Below, piece after piece: positions 34,085 through 45,280 of a stretch of 45,280 bases of DNA. Every line of letters starts with the position of its first letter. Within the stretch, counting starts at the first letter, position 1. This DNA comes from Hydrurus foetidus (lineage: Eukaryota): the NCBI GenBank assembly GCA_900617105.1, contig UYFQ01000818.1, positions 1-45,280 of the forward strand, given 5' to 3'. The translations under genes were made by a program, and so were the position numbers. The notes below the pieces were generated by a model. The model worked only from the letters and a program-made list of their open reading frames with translations. It was not told the DNA's origin and did no database searches.

Positions 34085-35366
34085 ATGGGAACTAAGATTT
34101 CTCAATTTGCCGGAACACAACTTGATGTTGTGTTGAAGAAAAGTCCTCGCATTGTCAAGACATTCTCGTCATCAGAGGAGGGCACCAGAAACTCTTCGGA
34201 AAATGCGTCATATGATTCCCCGAGGCTTAGTCCGAGCAGTCTCCACCTTGACCCAACTGAATTATTCCAATACCGAAGACGACCAGACCAAGGAAAATCT
34301 TCATCTGATTACTCTGTCCGATTAAACTCACCAAGTAGCTACGAGGTAGATACCGGGACAATGATAAATGAATTGCTGTCGCTCTGTGAATCGGGAAGTG
34401 GATCAGCAATCACAGATCTACTTGAACACGGTGAAATCCCAGAAGAGTTCATCAACAGCTACCATGATTGTTACGTGGGAGACCGTCAGATGAACCTGAC
34501 TCCTCTAATGCTAGCTGCTGCTTGTGGACATCCTCACATAATTGTCGAGTTTCTTGCCTCACGATCCGTCTTCGTAAACGCACGATCTGAGGACATGTAC
34601 GGTCAAACAGCATTACATATTGCTGTGAGTCTCGGGCAACTAAAATGCATAGAGGTGCTGGCTGCTCATGCGAATGTGGACATTAATGCTACAGATACCA
34701 TGGGCATGACGCCACTGCACTTAGCAGCCTATGGAAACTATGATGAAGCGATTGAGCTGCTGCTGGAGAGGGGTGAAAGTTCATGCGAAATCCAAGATTC
34801 TAATGGAAATAATGTCTTCCACATTGGAGCGATGTCGAACAATGTCAGTGCAATCAAACTAATCATAAGACACGCTGCTATGGTTGATTTCGGTGAGATC
34901 TGTCGATATGGAGACACGGTGGATTTGTCCGATTCTAAACGGCCTGCAATGGGAGAGGCACTTCGACATCTGACAGAGGTAAGAAGATTTGCTCCGGTAA
35001 TATTCTAAGCAGTCAGACTGATAGTAATTTCCTCCCTTCTGAATCTTGCAGGCTGTAAACAATGACGGTTATAACGTCAAGATGATCTTACAGCAAAACA
35101 TAGCAAATTTAAAAATGCCACCTACATCTTATCAGCCACGTCCTCCAAACTATCTGGAACTATGCGATGACGCGCACCGCTGTTTTGTGCTGTACACTAG
35201 GGCGACATACTACCCTTCTGTTCTCAGGAGATCAGGGAACAGTCTACTGAGCATGGAGGAGAACAGTCCCTCTGAAGACGTGACTGCTGCTCTGTCTTGG
35301 AGTCCTAGAGCCGTGCTGAGGGAGAACGGATCGTACATGAAGATTTGTTCGCCACTTTCCCACTAG
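34085..35366 (+). CDS. Ankyrin-repeat protein, ~402 aa, 2 exons, predicted N-myristoylation
   Basis: Exons 34085-34978 and 35052-35366 (73-bp GT-AG intron). Ankyrin motifs LTPLMLAAACGH, GQTALHIAVSLG, GMTPLHLAAYGN, GNNVFHIGA. N-terminus MGTKIS. The 3' end could involve further splicing. Confidence 0.9.
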
Positions 35367-36308
35367 CACTTGCCCACTCAAACCATCAATCAATAAACTC
35401 AATCCAATCAATCAGTTAATTCATTGGTGCAGCTAATAGAGCTCGAGAGAGGGTGTTTAATTGAGCCGAAACCTTTCCAGCGCCGCATCTCCGCCTCTAT
35501 CTCACCATTCTATTCGACTGTCCTGTGTTATCTCTCTTTGACTGTGTTACATTTTTGCACTGATGTTTCCGCCTCTGCGATGAGTCAGAAACAAATCTCA
35601 CTTCCGCCTGTTTTGAAGGTAATGAGCCCTCAACCATTCTATTTGTCCAATTGTTAGCGCACATTTTGTCTCATTCTTATACCTGATATTCGGTATGTGC
35701 ATTTTCACCCTTTCCCCCCGCCTCACTTACTAGTGATCTTAGCTGCAAAATAACTTTTACTGAGCTAAATGTTGTCTCCGAGCTTTTTACTTTTAAGTCT
35801 TCGGTTTAATCTTTACAAGTGCGTCATACAGATGATCGAATGGTTATCGCGTTGTTTGTGAGAACATGATGAGATCCGAACGACAGGCTAATCTGTCCGC
35901 GCCGGTATGTGAGGAGGACTGTGACACGAGTCCAAGCTATTACGTAGACAAACAAAAAAACAAAAATGGAATGTACTGTAACTGGATGTAAGTACGCCTA
36001 GACACGCACGTACGGTACCCAGTGCGTGTAGAGTGCTTACGAACGTACACGAAAAAGGTCCCTACAGAACGGGAGTAAAATTGAGCATGTAACCACGCAC
36101 ACACCAGATTAGATTGTAGTTATCTGTCGAGGGAGATATCAAATTTCTAATATTTGGTATGGAATTTAGCAGAAGTGGTTCTGAGTCCACTCTCAGAGGA
36201 GTGTCGTTATGTAGCACCTTAAGGTGTCGCATGCTGTCACATCACTTGCTGTAGACATCTTCATCAATGTCACCACCGCACTCCATCTAACCAAAGTCAC
36301 AGGAGTGT

Positions 36309-39300
36309 CTACGTGTCGTCCTTCCTCATCATGCCCTCTAGGACTTCTTTAGGGGGGCGGTACACGGTGGGTAGGAACTGGACCTGTAACTGGTTGATGC
36401 TGTACACCCTCCTCCCGATGTTCTTCTCGGCTATCATAATGCGCACTCCGTGGATCCTAGAACCATAGTCAGTGAGATTCCATGCAGGAAAAGGTAAATG
36501 AGTGATTTGAGTGAGTTGATGGGTTGATTATGGACTTGACTGAAGTGACAGATGAGCACTAATTAAGTTGGGTGCACTTCAACAAAAGGATTAGAGTGGA
36601 CAAAGGCATGTCTCGGAGACACATAGATGGACAGACATGTAGACATGTAGACAGGGAGAAATCACTACTGACGTTCGCACCTCATCACATTTGCATCTCT
36701 GAGAACCCTCTCCATGGACTGGCCACACCCGAACCTTTCTCCTAGCTGCCTACTCTGCTCGTACGTCACCGCCATGCCCGTACGATCTTTCCCACTCTTG
36801 CAGAAAGTGACCCTGCACCCCCCCAACATCACACACACTCTCTCTACAGCTACGAGCATCTCCACATTCTTCGAGTTAATGTTGCCGTTGGCGAGGATGG
36901 TTTCGGTGAGCTCTTCTAGCAGGGGGTGGGAGGACAGGGGCATAGGAGAGGTCGGGGTGTTCAGACTGCTGCCAGTGGTACGACTTCCCCTCTCACTGCG
37001 CGCGCTTGCACCTCCACCTGACTTGAAGTAAGACGCTCCATAGGCTCGAACTGCCGACCCTGCAGCTGAAGTGGCGGCAGATGTGAGGGACATGGCCATG
37101 GAGAGGTTGCGGGTAGTCGCAGCTGCACGGGACTGCCCGTTCCTCGCACTTGATGACTGTGACGACCTGAACCTGTCGTGCTGCTCCTTGACTGCAGCTG
37201 CAGCAGACGGCTCAAAGTTTACCCCACCCGTCGCACTGAGCCCCTCCCTGTCCCCTTCCACCGGTCGGAACGAACAGCAGTACCCCTCAAGGAGAGCAAG
37301 CCCCCTGACGTTCACCACGTGTTGGAGGTTCTTCATGGCAGTCAGATCTTCAGATACTACAGGGGAGGGCGACTCTCTGCCCCCCTCCAGGGGTCTAGTC
37401 ACCTTCGACTTATCAGTGGTGGCTTGACTAGCCATTGCAGAAAAGGATGTGGCGGCAAGTGCGAGTGTTTGCTGCATGTCGATTCCCTGTTATCGGAGAG
37501 TTGAGAGAGTGGAGAGATTACACAATTGTACTTGTACTTATTTGCTTTGTGCATGTGCGTGGATGAAGAGGATAGGCGTATGACGCACTAAATCATTGGC
37601 ATAGAATGGAAGAGATGGGAAGAAAAGGCAAGTTCTAAATAAATGCAGATAGCGGATATTATCACATGTAGTCCAACTAAAAGTCGTGTGTATGACTTAT
37701 TATATACCATACCTGAGAGAACAGAGCAGCAACAATTCTCAACACCGCTCCCCCATTACGTGCCCTCGTCTGAAACTCTTCAGGCAGAGCTGCTAAAGCG
37801 TCAGAAGGCATATACAACATCACTTCCTTGCCCATTATGCCCACTTCAACGACAGGTGGACGATCCTCCCCGTGAGCTTGGTCCGCTTCAAACCGGATGA
37901 GGTCATTGAGATAGTTGGACCCCTCCCTCTTCGTCCCTTGTTCCTTCTCATCCAAGGGCAGTATGCACACTTGGAACTGAGAGAGAGCTTCTATGGCGCT
38001 GACCGTGTCTTCCAGCATGAATCTCTCTGATCCGATCACAGAGAGCAGACCCTCGAAAACCAGCAAGAATCCGTGGGTCAGCCACCCCACACACACCTCT
38101 TCAGGAATGTGCTTCTCCGCTATTAGTGTGAGTTTCATGAGCACAGCAGACACTGCGATTGACACGGCTTGGGAGACAGCGAATGTTCTGCGTCTGCATG
38201 TAGACAGCAGATCTGTCTCGTACGTGAGCACCTCCGCTCCTATCCTCTCGTACAATGCAAAAGCAGGGCTCCTTCTTAGGAGAGGAGCCGTCGCATAATT
38301 GTGACTACTGCTGATGTTCCGATCAGTTGTAAGTACGTCATCGGTGTGGTTCCTGGATCTAGAGTCCTGAATACTAGCTTCAAGCAGCTTCTTCAATCCA
38401 TCCATTCTCGCCCTTGACGCGTTTAAAGACGATTCCATTGCATCTAGTCCCTTCTTCTGAGTGAACCCCAGACCGTGTGGGGAAAGACACCCGCACGTCA
38501 TCGCATCCAATACGTCCTCCATAGGGGGGTCATCCGGTCGGGATGGGTCCAAAGTCCCTGGCAGCATCATGGCACGCACAGTAAGTACTTGCATGTGCAG
38601 ATTAACAGGCACAGCTTGATGAGTCATTATCTTTTTGGCCGTAGATGGCCGGAATGCACCGTTTTTGTCGAGCAGATCCTGTGCATTATTTCTGGCGATT
38701 AGGAGCTCTCTTGATAACAACTCTATCTGCTGTATGTGACTGTCCAGCCAGTCGGGGGGATAGTCGTAGTCCACGCGTAATGCATCCATCTCCTCGTTGC
38801 TGTTGACATGTCGGTTGGGAAGTGGTGAGACGTCTCTTGAGGTGAGTGAGGCTGATACCATTGACACGTCAGCATCGCTCACACCGGAATCATCATCATC
38901 GAAGGAGAGCAAATCAGCTTCACCCATCGCATTATTTCTGCTGCTGCTCTTGATCTTATGTTGCGTGAGTTCAGTCTGATAAAGGGGGGACAATGTACTC
39001 TGATCCGTCAGTTCCAGAGGATCAGTCGTATCATACCCTAATTGCAGCTCGAACTCTCTGCAGCCCTTTAGGATATCAGAGGGAGTGCGACTCTCACACG
39101 TGGAGATGTGCCTCTCTCCTGCCATGTTCTGTGATGCATCTAGTGCGTCACTCTTGCTGCCCACTACGTGCAACGGACTGAGTATTTCTATGGACACCAA
39201 CAGCTGCATGCCTGACGTGGTATCACCTACGGCACCACCCACTGAATTTTCAGCCACCCAACTGGTAATAGTCCGACGGCTAAATCCGGCATTATCGGTT

Positions 39301-41421
39301 ACTTTGGATAAAGTCGGACAGTCAGCAGGCACAGTGAAGTGCGCGATACTGATGTCCCAAATGTGCAGTATAGAGGGAAATAAAGAGCGTAGAAATCAAA
39401 ATCAGCTGACGTATTGAGAAATGGTAGGGAGGGGAGGGCAGTTTGGCGTCACATCACTGTGCAATATCATGCAGAGCAGTGCTGAACAAGTAAAGATTCA
39501 AATGCGAGTAATGACTCTGTGATGAGGTCTTTCAATAGGAAGACATACTCAAAAGACGATTGCAATTATGACGTGTGTGTACCTTTTGCCTCGGTCTGCC
39601 ATGGTGCGAGAGAGATCTGCTAAGTTATTGCTACTGCTGTTATTGCTGGCACTGTGACTGACGTCACCCAACACTTGATGCAGAGTGAAGCTCAACATCG
39701 TACCGGAACAGGTCGGAATATAACTGACGAACTTTACTGAGGAATCTTCAGCATCACCTCTTGACCCCATAGAGCGATTGTCTCGAGACCGTTGGGGACT
39801 GTTCCCCACACTACGTGCTCCAGAGGATGTCTGTCTGTCCATCCCCATTGCAAAGTTCCCTCCTTTGTCTTTCTCACTGTCTCTCTCCAGATTTGAGTTG
39901 GATGTTCTAGGCTCTGTTAGCAGTGTCACGCAGTCTCTGCCCCGCTGATGCTCCGTATAAGGCTGGACAATAATATGTCCAGCATCAATACCAGTCACGA
40001 GTTAGAAATCGATACAAGTAACGAAGACAAGCAAAATGATTGATTACATTTTGTGATGAATAGAGAATATGTGCCAAATAAAATAACAATGTACGTACGT
40101 GTTTGATGCTGCTGGAGTTGAGGTTGCTTCCGTAGACCGGATTGTCGCAGAAATACTCCGCATTGGTGTAGCCAACAGGATCCGTGAAAGAGCAATTACT
40201 GTAATTTCGATCAAAATAAAAGAAACGCATCATTTTTACTCATAATCGTCCAATACAGTAAGTATATACGTAGAGGCGTACATCAATACGTGTGAGGGCT
40301 TTCTTACTTGGTGGAAAGTTTTTACACGACACAGAGCGGCATATAGCGGTAGATAAGTGGAAGTGCATAAAATATTACCTTCTTGAGACTTCTATTTCAA
40401 CAAATGTGGATGGCTTGAAGTCGTCTAGGCTCTTCATTCTCTTGCTGCATCCCTGACTGAAGTTATGAATGGCTTTTTTTAAATCATTCCTCGTCCCGAC
40501 GGTTTTTTTTACACTATTTGTATCAGCTCCTGCACAGAAATCTATGATGCTGTCGTTGTCTTTCATCAACGGCATAGATGTTGACTTTTGAACTGTTCCA
40601 GTGTAGATGTCAGTAGGAATTTTCGCCCCTAGGACACTGATGGTGACTTGATGCCATCCATTCTTGAGAGCTTCACCAAGGCTAGTAAAGTGCCCTTGTC
40701 GGATCTTCTCAAACTTTCTCCTAGCTATCCAAGCATTTTTTGTCACAGACAACGTACGTAGACACTCGTCAAGGAAAGCAGTGACGACATATCCTGATAT
40801 ACGAGTTTCTAATCCGTATTCCTCACAGTATACGGCAGGTGCTGCACCATTTTCCTCATGATAAAATAAATAAGATTGGCAGTAGGGATTCCCAGGATTT
40901 GGAGCTGCTATGGGCGCAAATGCACTGTGCATCAATACTGGTCGAAACCTTTCAACAATTTTCACAGCAAGAGTAGCCTTTTCTTTCAAGAACTGTGATG
41001 ATAGTGAAAACGTCATACTTCCGGCTGAAAGGATATCACTCAGAGATACCGTGGCTTCACCAACAATAACTTCCTTACCACCACTCAAGTTGCTCGAGTA
41101 TAAGATTCTCATCCTAATAGATTCCGCGGCATTTTTACATATGATGTCTGCCACCAAAGATGGGCTGATGTTGAACGCATCATCGATTGTCTCCGATCGA
41201 TATACATCACAAAATTCACCAGACATGCCCTTTGATAGTGCTACAGAGATCGCCCGCTTCTCATTTTTAGCAGAAGTGGACCCTTTCGCCCTGTTTAAAA
41301 GACCGGTAAGCATTCCGGCATGGAATGATGCCGTCGGTGAACACTGAAGTCCTGTACATCTGAATGACAGCCTGATAATCCCAGATTTTTCGGTCATATT
41401 GTTACGCTTTTGATTGCTCAT
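36309..41421 (-). CDS. INPP4: Inositol polyphosphate 4-phosphatase (INPP4-type) with N-terminal C2-like domain, ~1,370 aa, 6 exons
   Basis: Exons 41421-40379, 40198-40099, 39962-39583, 39348-37713, 37486-36681, 36456-36309 (4113 nt, in phase). Catalytic CX5R motif FCKSGKDRTGMAVTYEQ. Also VPVNLHMQ, GFLLVFEGLLS.IGSE..MLED, LFSQGIDMQQTLA, KNIGRRVYSINQLQ...LP.VYRPP. The start codon is uncertain. Confidence 0.93.
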
Positions 41422-41676
41422 TACTCCGATGAAAGTAGCCACGCTGTCAAGCTTATGCGATTCATATCAATCGAAGATAGAGATTTCAGGCGGTAGTATC
41501 GAAAAGCGTCGTATTTGATAGTGCTGATAAAGGCGCTCGAGAAGTTCGAGGGGACCTAACGCAATGCGACGCGACGCGACGCCAGCTATGACAATTTGCA
41601 CTGTCGATAGCGAAGTTCAAAAAACTTTGAATGATCGTAGCATGAAGCAAAGCATAGCGCATAGGTAGTAAGTAGT

Positions 41677-41711
41677 ACAGCTTACAGCTTACAGCTTACA
41701 GCTTACAGCTT
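41677..41711. repeat. Perfect 7-bp tandem repeat (ACAGCTT)x5 in the divergent INPP4/UFD1 intergenic region
   Basis: Read directly from the sequence. Confidence 0.95.
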
Positions 41712-41986
41712 TAGATAGGTACTATACCCTAGTTTCGTGTTTCGTGTTCGAAGACAGAAAATGAGTGAAATTTGATACAGATATTTTGTGATTAATACCA
41801 AATTTTGTATCTTTCTTCGTCATCTTAAAATCTCTCCATAATGTCAATATGGAATATGGATACTGTATGTACTGTAGCAGGAAGCAGATAGCAGATAACA
41901 GATAGCACCATAGCAGCTTTCACTAGCAGCGGGTATCCAGTTCGGAACTCCAGTCCGAACATAGTCGCCACAGCAGAGGATCTAAT

Positions 41987-42907
41987 ATGAGAACCATTCT
42001 CAAGACGTTTCTTTGCGTAACATATGTCATTGTTGTGGCTGGGAACTTTTTATCAAATGCATGGAATAGAGCCGTGAAGCAGACCCTCTACGAGCAGGAG
42101 GTCGAAGACGTCAACGCTGTCCACAAAATTGACAATCATCTCGTCAGAAGACTCATAGTAATGCCACTTACTGATGCGTTCAATCCTAATCCAGTCAACG
42201 GCATGCACGGCAAAGTTCAGTATGGTGATAAATGCTCTCTTCCAGGGACAATAGGTCGACTGATATTTGAAAAGCCCTACGAAGTCCCATGGCTATTTGA
42301 AATAATACCTGTGACACCCAAGAGCGAAAGAGTTTCTTCCCCAGACAGTGCTATCGGCACTTCATCAGTCGATGAAAAAGTAGCGAATGGAGCGATACTC
42401 CTTGATAAAGCTTACATAAGTCCATTGGACTTCAGATCACCAGAAAACTACATTTTTTTGCCACGATGGCTTATGATAACGCTGGGAGTAAAGGCTAACG
42501 ATCTTGTGGATGTCAGTTTTGTCAGGCTAAAGTTGGCATCACTTGTTATACTCGAGCCTCTGTCCCTCGACTGGGATACAGTACTCCAGAAAGGAAACCG
42601 TGATCCTCAGACAGTTCTGGAGCATGAAGTCAACAAATATTCAAGTCTCACAGCAGGGTCAACTATTTATATAGATGTAGACGGATTAGAACTACCCATA
42701 CGGGTCAAAGAAACCTTCGCAGAAGGTGGCGTATCAGTTAAAGGAGTTCGAGTTCAAGATTCTGACATCAAAGTTGACATTGATAGGGGGCACCTAGATA
42801 AGTTGATAAAGATACAGAAAGCTGAAGAGGATTTGTTGGCAGAGTTAGAGGCTGAAGCAAAAGAGATGGGAAAACGCAAATTATCATCAACAACTTCTCC
42901 CGTTTAA
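41987..42907 (+). CDS. UFD1: Ufd1-like protein with N-terminal signal peptide; probable SELMA (plastid-import) Ufd1 paralogue, 306 aa, intronless
   Basis: Ufd1 motifs YGDKCSLP, PWLFEI, LDFRSPENYIFLPRWLM, DPQTVLEHEVNKYSSLTAG, VQDSDIKVDI. Hydrophobic N-terminus MRTILKTFLCVTYVIVVAG. Confidence 0.85.
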   Translation: MRTILKTFLCVTYVIVVAGNFLSNAWNRAVKQTLYEQEVEDVNAVHKIDNHLVRRLIVMPLTDAFNPNPVNGMHGKVQYGDKCSLPGTIGRLIFEKPYEVPWLFEIIPVTPKSERVSSPDSAIGTSSVDEKVANGAILLDKAYISPLDFRSPENYIFLPRWLMITLGVKANDLVDVSFVRLKLASLVILEPLSLDWDTVLQKGNRDPQTVLEHEVNKYSSLTAGSTIYIDVDGLELPIRVKETFAEGGVSVKGVRVQDSDIKVDIDRGHLDKLIKIQKAEEDLLAELEAEAKEMGKRKLSSTTSPV

Positions 42908-43024
42908 TTTATTTTTGATTATTAAGTTAAGGTCCATTTTCGAAGATTAGTTTTCTTCACGAAGACAGCTGCCTTTGACTATTCGTTTCGCAGCTTCCCC
43001 TCGGAGGTTTAGTCTAGCTGTCAG

Positions 43025-45280
43025 TGTTGGAGTGACCACGTAGCGGATCAGACTTATCGCAACCACTTTTTCCCCGAATTGTTTATGCTAGGTGCGCGGT
43101 CATTTATCATCACTTAGAAGTCAGTCCATTTGACTAAAAACCGCATTTGGGTTTTGCGCCTGGAATTGCCTTGGTGCTGAAGAATGGAATCGATAAAGAA
43201 TTCCATATAATCGCGGCGTGATACATCAGCAGGATCCGTATGTTTCGGATTGAAAACAAATTGTTTAAGATTACTAATATGAAGATGTTTATGTTTCTTC
43301 GTAGTTATATCTAACAACGTATAATCAGAGTTGTGAATCGATATCACTTGAAACGGTCCCCGCCACAACGTGTGTAACCGTGTGGGCGGTTGTGTGGTGT
43401 ATCTAGCCAACACATATGAACCGACGGGAAAAACCGTTATATCCTGTGGACTTGTGGCAACATGAGCCGCGTCCATTGTGCGCAAAGCAGTTTGTGCTTG
43501 GGCAATCAGGGTATCCTGGATGTGATACATCTCACAGACCACTTTCGATGCGGAAGTTTCCACTTCCGGTAATTGTGGGAATGGTGAAAGTATGCCCGAA
43601 TCAAGATTGATTTGGTTACCAAACAATAAACTTGCTGGGGAGGCATTGGTACTGCTGTGAATTGAAGAATTCAAAATGCGCTGTATAAACGGTAAGCAGT
43701 TTTGTACTGGTACACGTCGTTTGTATCATACAGGAACGAACGTAAGTACCGGTTAATTTCTTTATTAACTCGTTCAACTATAGCATTCTCTTGTTTAGAG
43801 TATGCTAGTGTCAGGTTGTGGGGTGTACCCGTTGACACTAGGAATTGTTTGATCAATTCGTTAGCAAAATGCGAACCCCGATCAGATCTGATCATTTGGG
43901 GTGCACCGTATCTTCCAAAGTGTTGGAGAAGGCAATCGGTAGCCGATTTGGCCGTATTATCGGCACACCAAAATAGTTCTGTCCATCGTGTAAAAGCACA
44001 GATGATGACAAGAACGTGTGAGGCATCGGGGAAGGGTCCGATGAAATCGATGTTCAATACATGGAAAGGTTTGTACGCAGAAGTAACGTACTTGTGTACA
44101 CGTATCGGTACGCGGGTCGCGTTCATCTTCTGGCAGCATGCACATTGTTGTATAAACAAGTGGGTGTGCTGAACCATGTGTTCCCACTGAATGGGTAAGC
44201 CTAAAAGCTTTTCTACGGTGCGTTTAACGCCCCCGTGTCCAACAAACTTGTTGTGGCACATGTTGAGTGCATCGCGCTGCGTATCAGTCATCTCTGGGAT
44301 GACCTTGAGGGCGCCGCAAAACGGGCCCGGTAAGTTATCCGGTTCTGTGCCAGTGGTGGCTGGTTGAACCTTGATGACAAGGTCCGAGAGATTAGCACAG
44401 AGGCGGGACATAGCGTCCGCTACCGTGTTCTCAGACCCTCGCACGTATGCGATTGTGTAATCAAGCTCTTGTAGAGCCATGGACCATCTCCCTACCATCG
44501 AGTTAGGGGAGGATTTCATGTACGTCAGATTTTTATGATCTGTGTGAATCGTAAACTTGCGATCACGTAATAGTGGATCAAGTTTTGTACAACACAAGTA
44601 GATAGCATAAGCTTCTTTCTGGATTGTTGACCAGTTCAACTGTGAGAAGGTGAGTGACTTACTCACAAATGAAATGGGTTTCATTTCATCTCCAACTTTT
44701 TGGAACAGTACACCACCTACACCATAATCAGATGCGTCGGTGTATAAATGTATTGGTGATACATTATCAATGAAGTGCATCAGGGGGCATTGAGAGATTG
44801 CCTGCCTAATGTCTTGAAACGCTTTAATGGTTTCAGCATTCCAAGTTACTCTGGAATGTTTATGAGTTGTAGACACCGTCATTTTATGTAACGGTGCTAC
44901 TATGTTGGAGTGGTTTGGTACGAAACCTCTAAAATAGTTCGCTAAACCGAGAAATCCCCTAAGGGCAGTAACGGTTTTAGGGCGAGGAAAATCTAAAACA
45001 GATTTTATTTTCTCAGCCGACATAGATAACCCCTCTTTGGAGATCACACGTCCGACGTATTCGAGGCGTGTAACTCCGAACTTACACTTCTTAGCTTTCA
45101 AGAATAAATTCTTTTCTCGAAAACGGATGAAGACATCACGAAGTCTCTGCAGAAACTCGTCAGGCCCATTACCAAATACAATGCAATCATCGAGATACAT
45201 CTCACATGTTACATATAAAAGGCCCGCAAGGACAACCGTGGCCATCATCTCCTGGAAGTATGATGGGGCACATCTAATAA
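43025..45280 (-). mobile_element. Ty3/gypsy chromovirus-type LTR retrotransposon, 3' part (RT, RNase H, integrase, chromodomain), continuing beyond the window
   Basis: RT YLDD; RNase H YTDASDYGVGGVL; integrase zinc finger H...GHGG...CACCQ; DDE motifs IDFIGP, RSDRGSHF, NAIVERVN; WRGPF; chromodomain start FFIDSILQH...FLVKW. Possible LTR terminus ...CCAACA at 43025. Confidence 0.95.
43114..45280 (-). pseudogene. pol: gypsy pol with a frameshift near 43695-43705 and a premature stop in the chromodomain
   Basis: ORF 43671-45248 loses integrase similarity at ...YQYK, while the alternative frame continues LPFIQRILNSSIHSSTNASPASLLFG. A TAA follows KWTDF at 43114-43116. Confidence 0.88.

Noticed and set aside
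1..45280. tRNA, rRNA or other structured RNA genes
   Set aside because: None was recognised by eye, and isolated GTTCGA motifs lack cloverleaf context. A tRNAscan-SE/Infernal run would be needed to exclude them formally.

Overview
Eukaryotic nuclear DNA with short GT-AG introns. The organism is most likely a plastid-bearing stramenopile (ochrophyte); this is inferred from a signal-peptide-bearing Ufd1-like gene and a pre-sequence-bearing FTR-alpha-like gene. The first ~10 kb is transposon-derived: a partial gag-like ORF with a candidate LTR, a degenerate low-complexity ORF, a hAT transposase remnant, and a 3.65-kb foldback whose arms are built from a 12-bp minisatellite. From 10 to 43 kb there are eight genes, six of them spliced and reconstructed by hand with consistent intron phases: a SUN-domain protein, VPS52, an SMP-30/gluconolactonase, a ~3,658-aa NHL/Tudor-like/cullin/EF-hand/Ariadne-RING1 fusion, an FTR-variable-chain-like protein, an ankyrin protein, an INPP4-type phosphatase and a Ufd1-like protein. 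This region also holds a 1,533-bp non-autonomous TIR transposon with a 7-bp TSD. The window ends in a frameshifted chromoviral Ty3/gypsy pol. The best novelty candidate is the giant cullin-Ariadne fusion: a CUL9-like architecture outside vertebrates, with the catalytic IBR/Rcat apparently lost. All family assignments come from motif recognition by eye, not from database searches.
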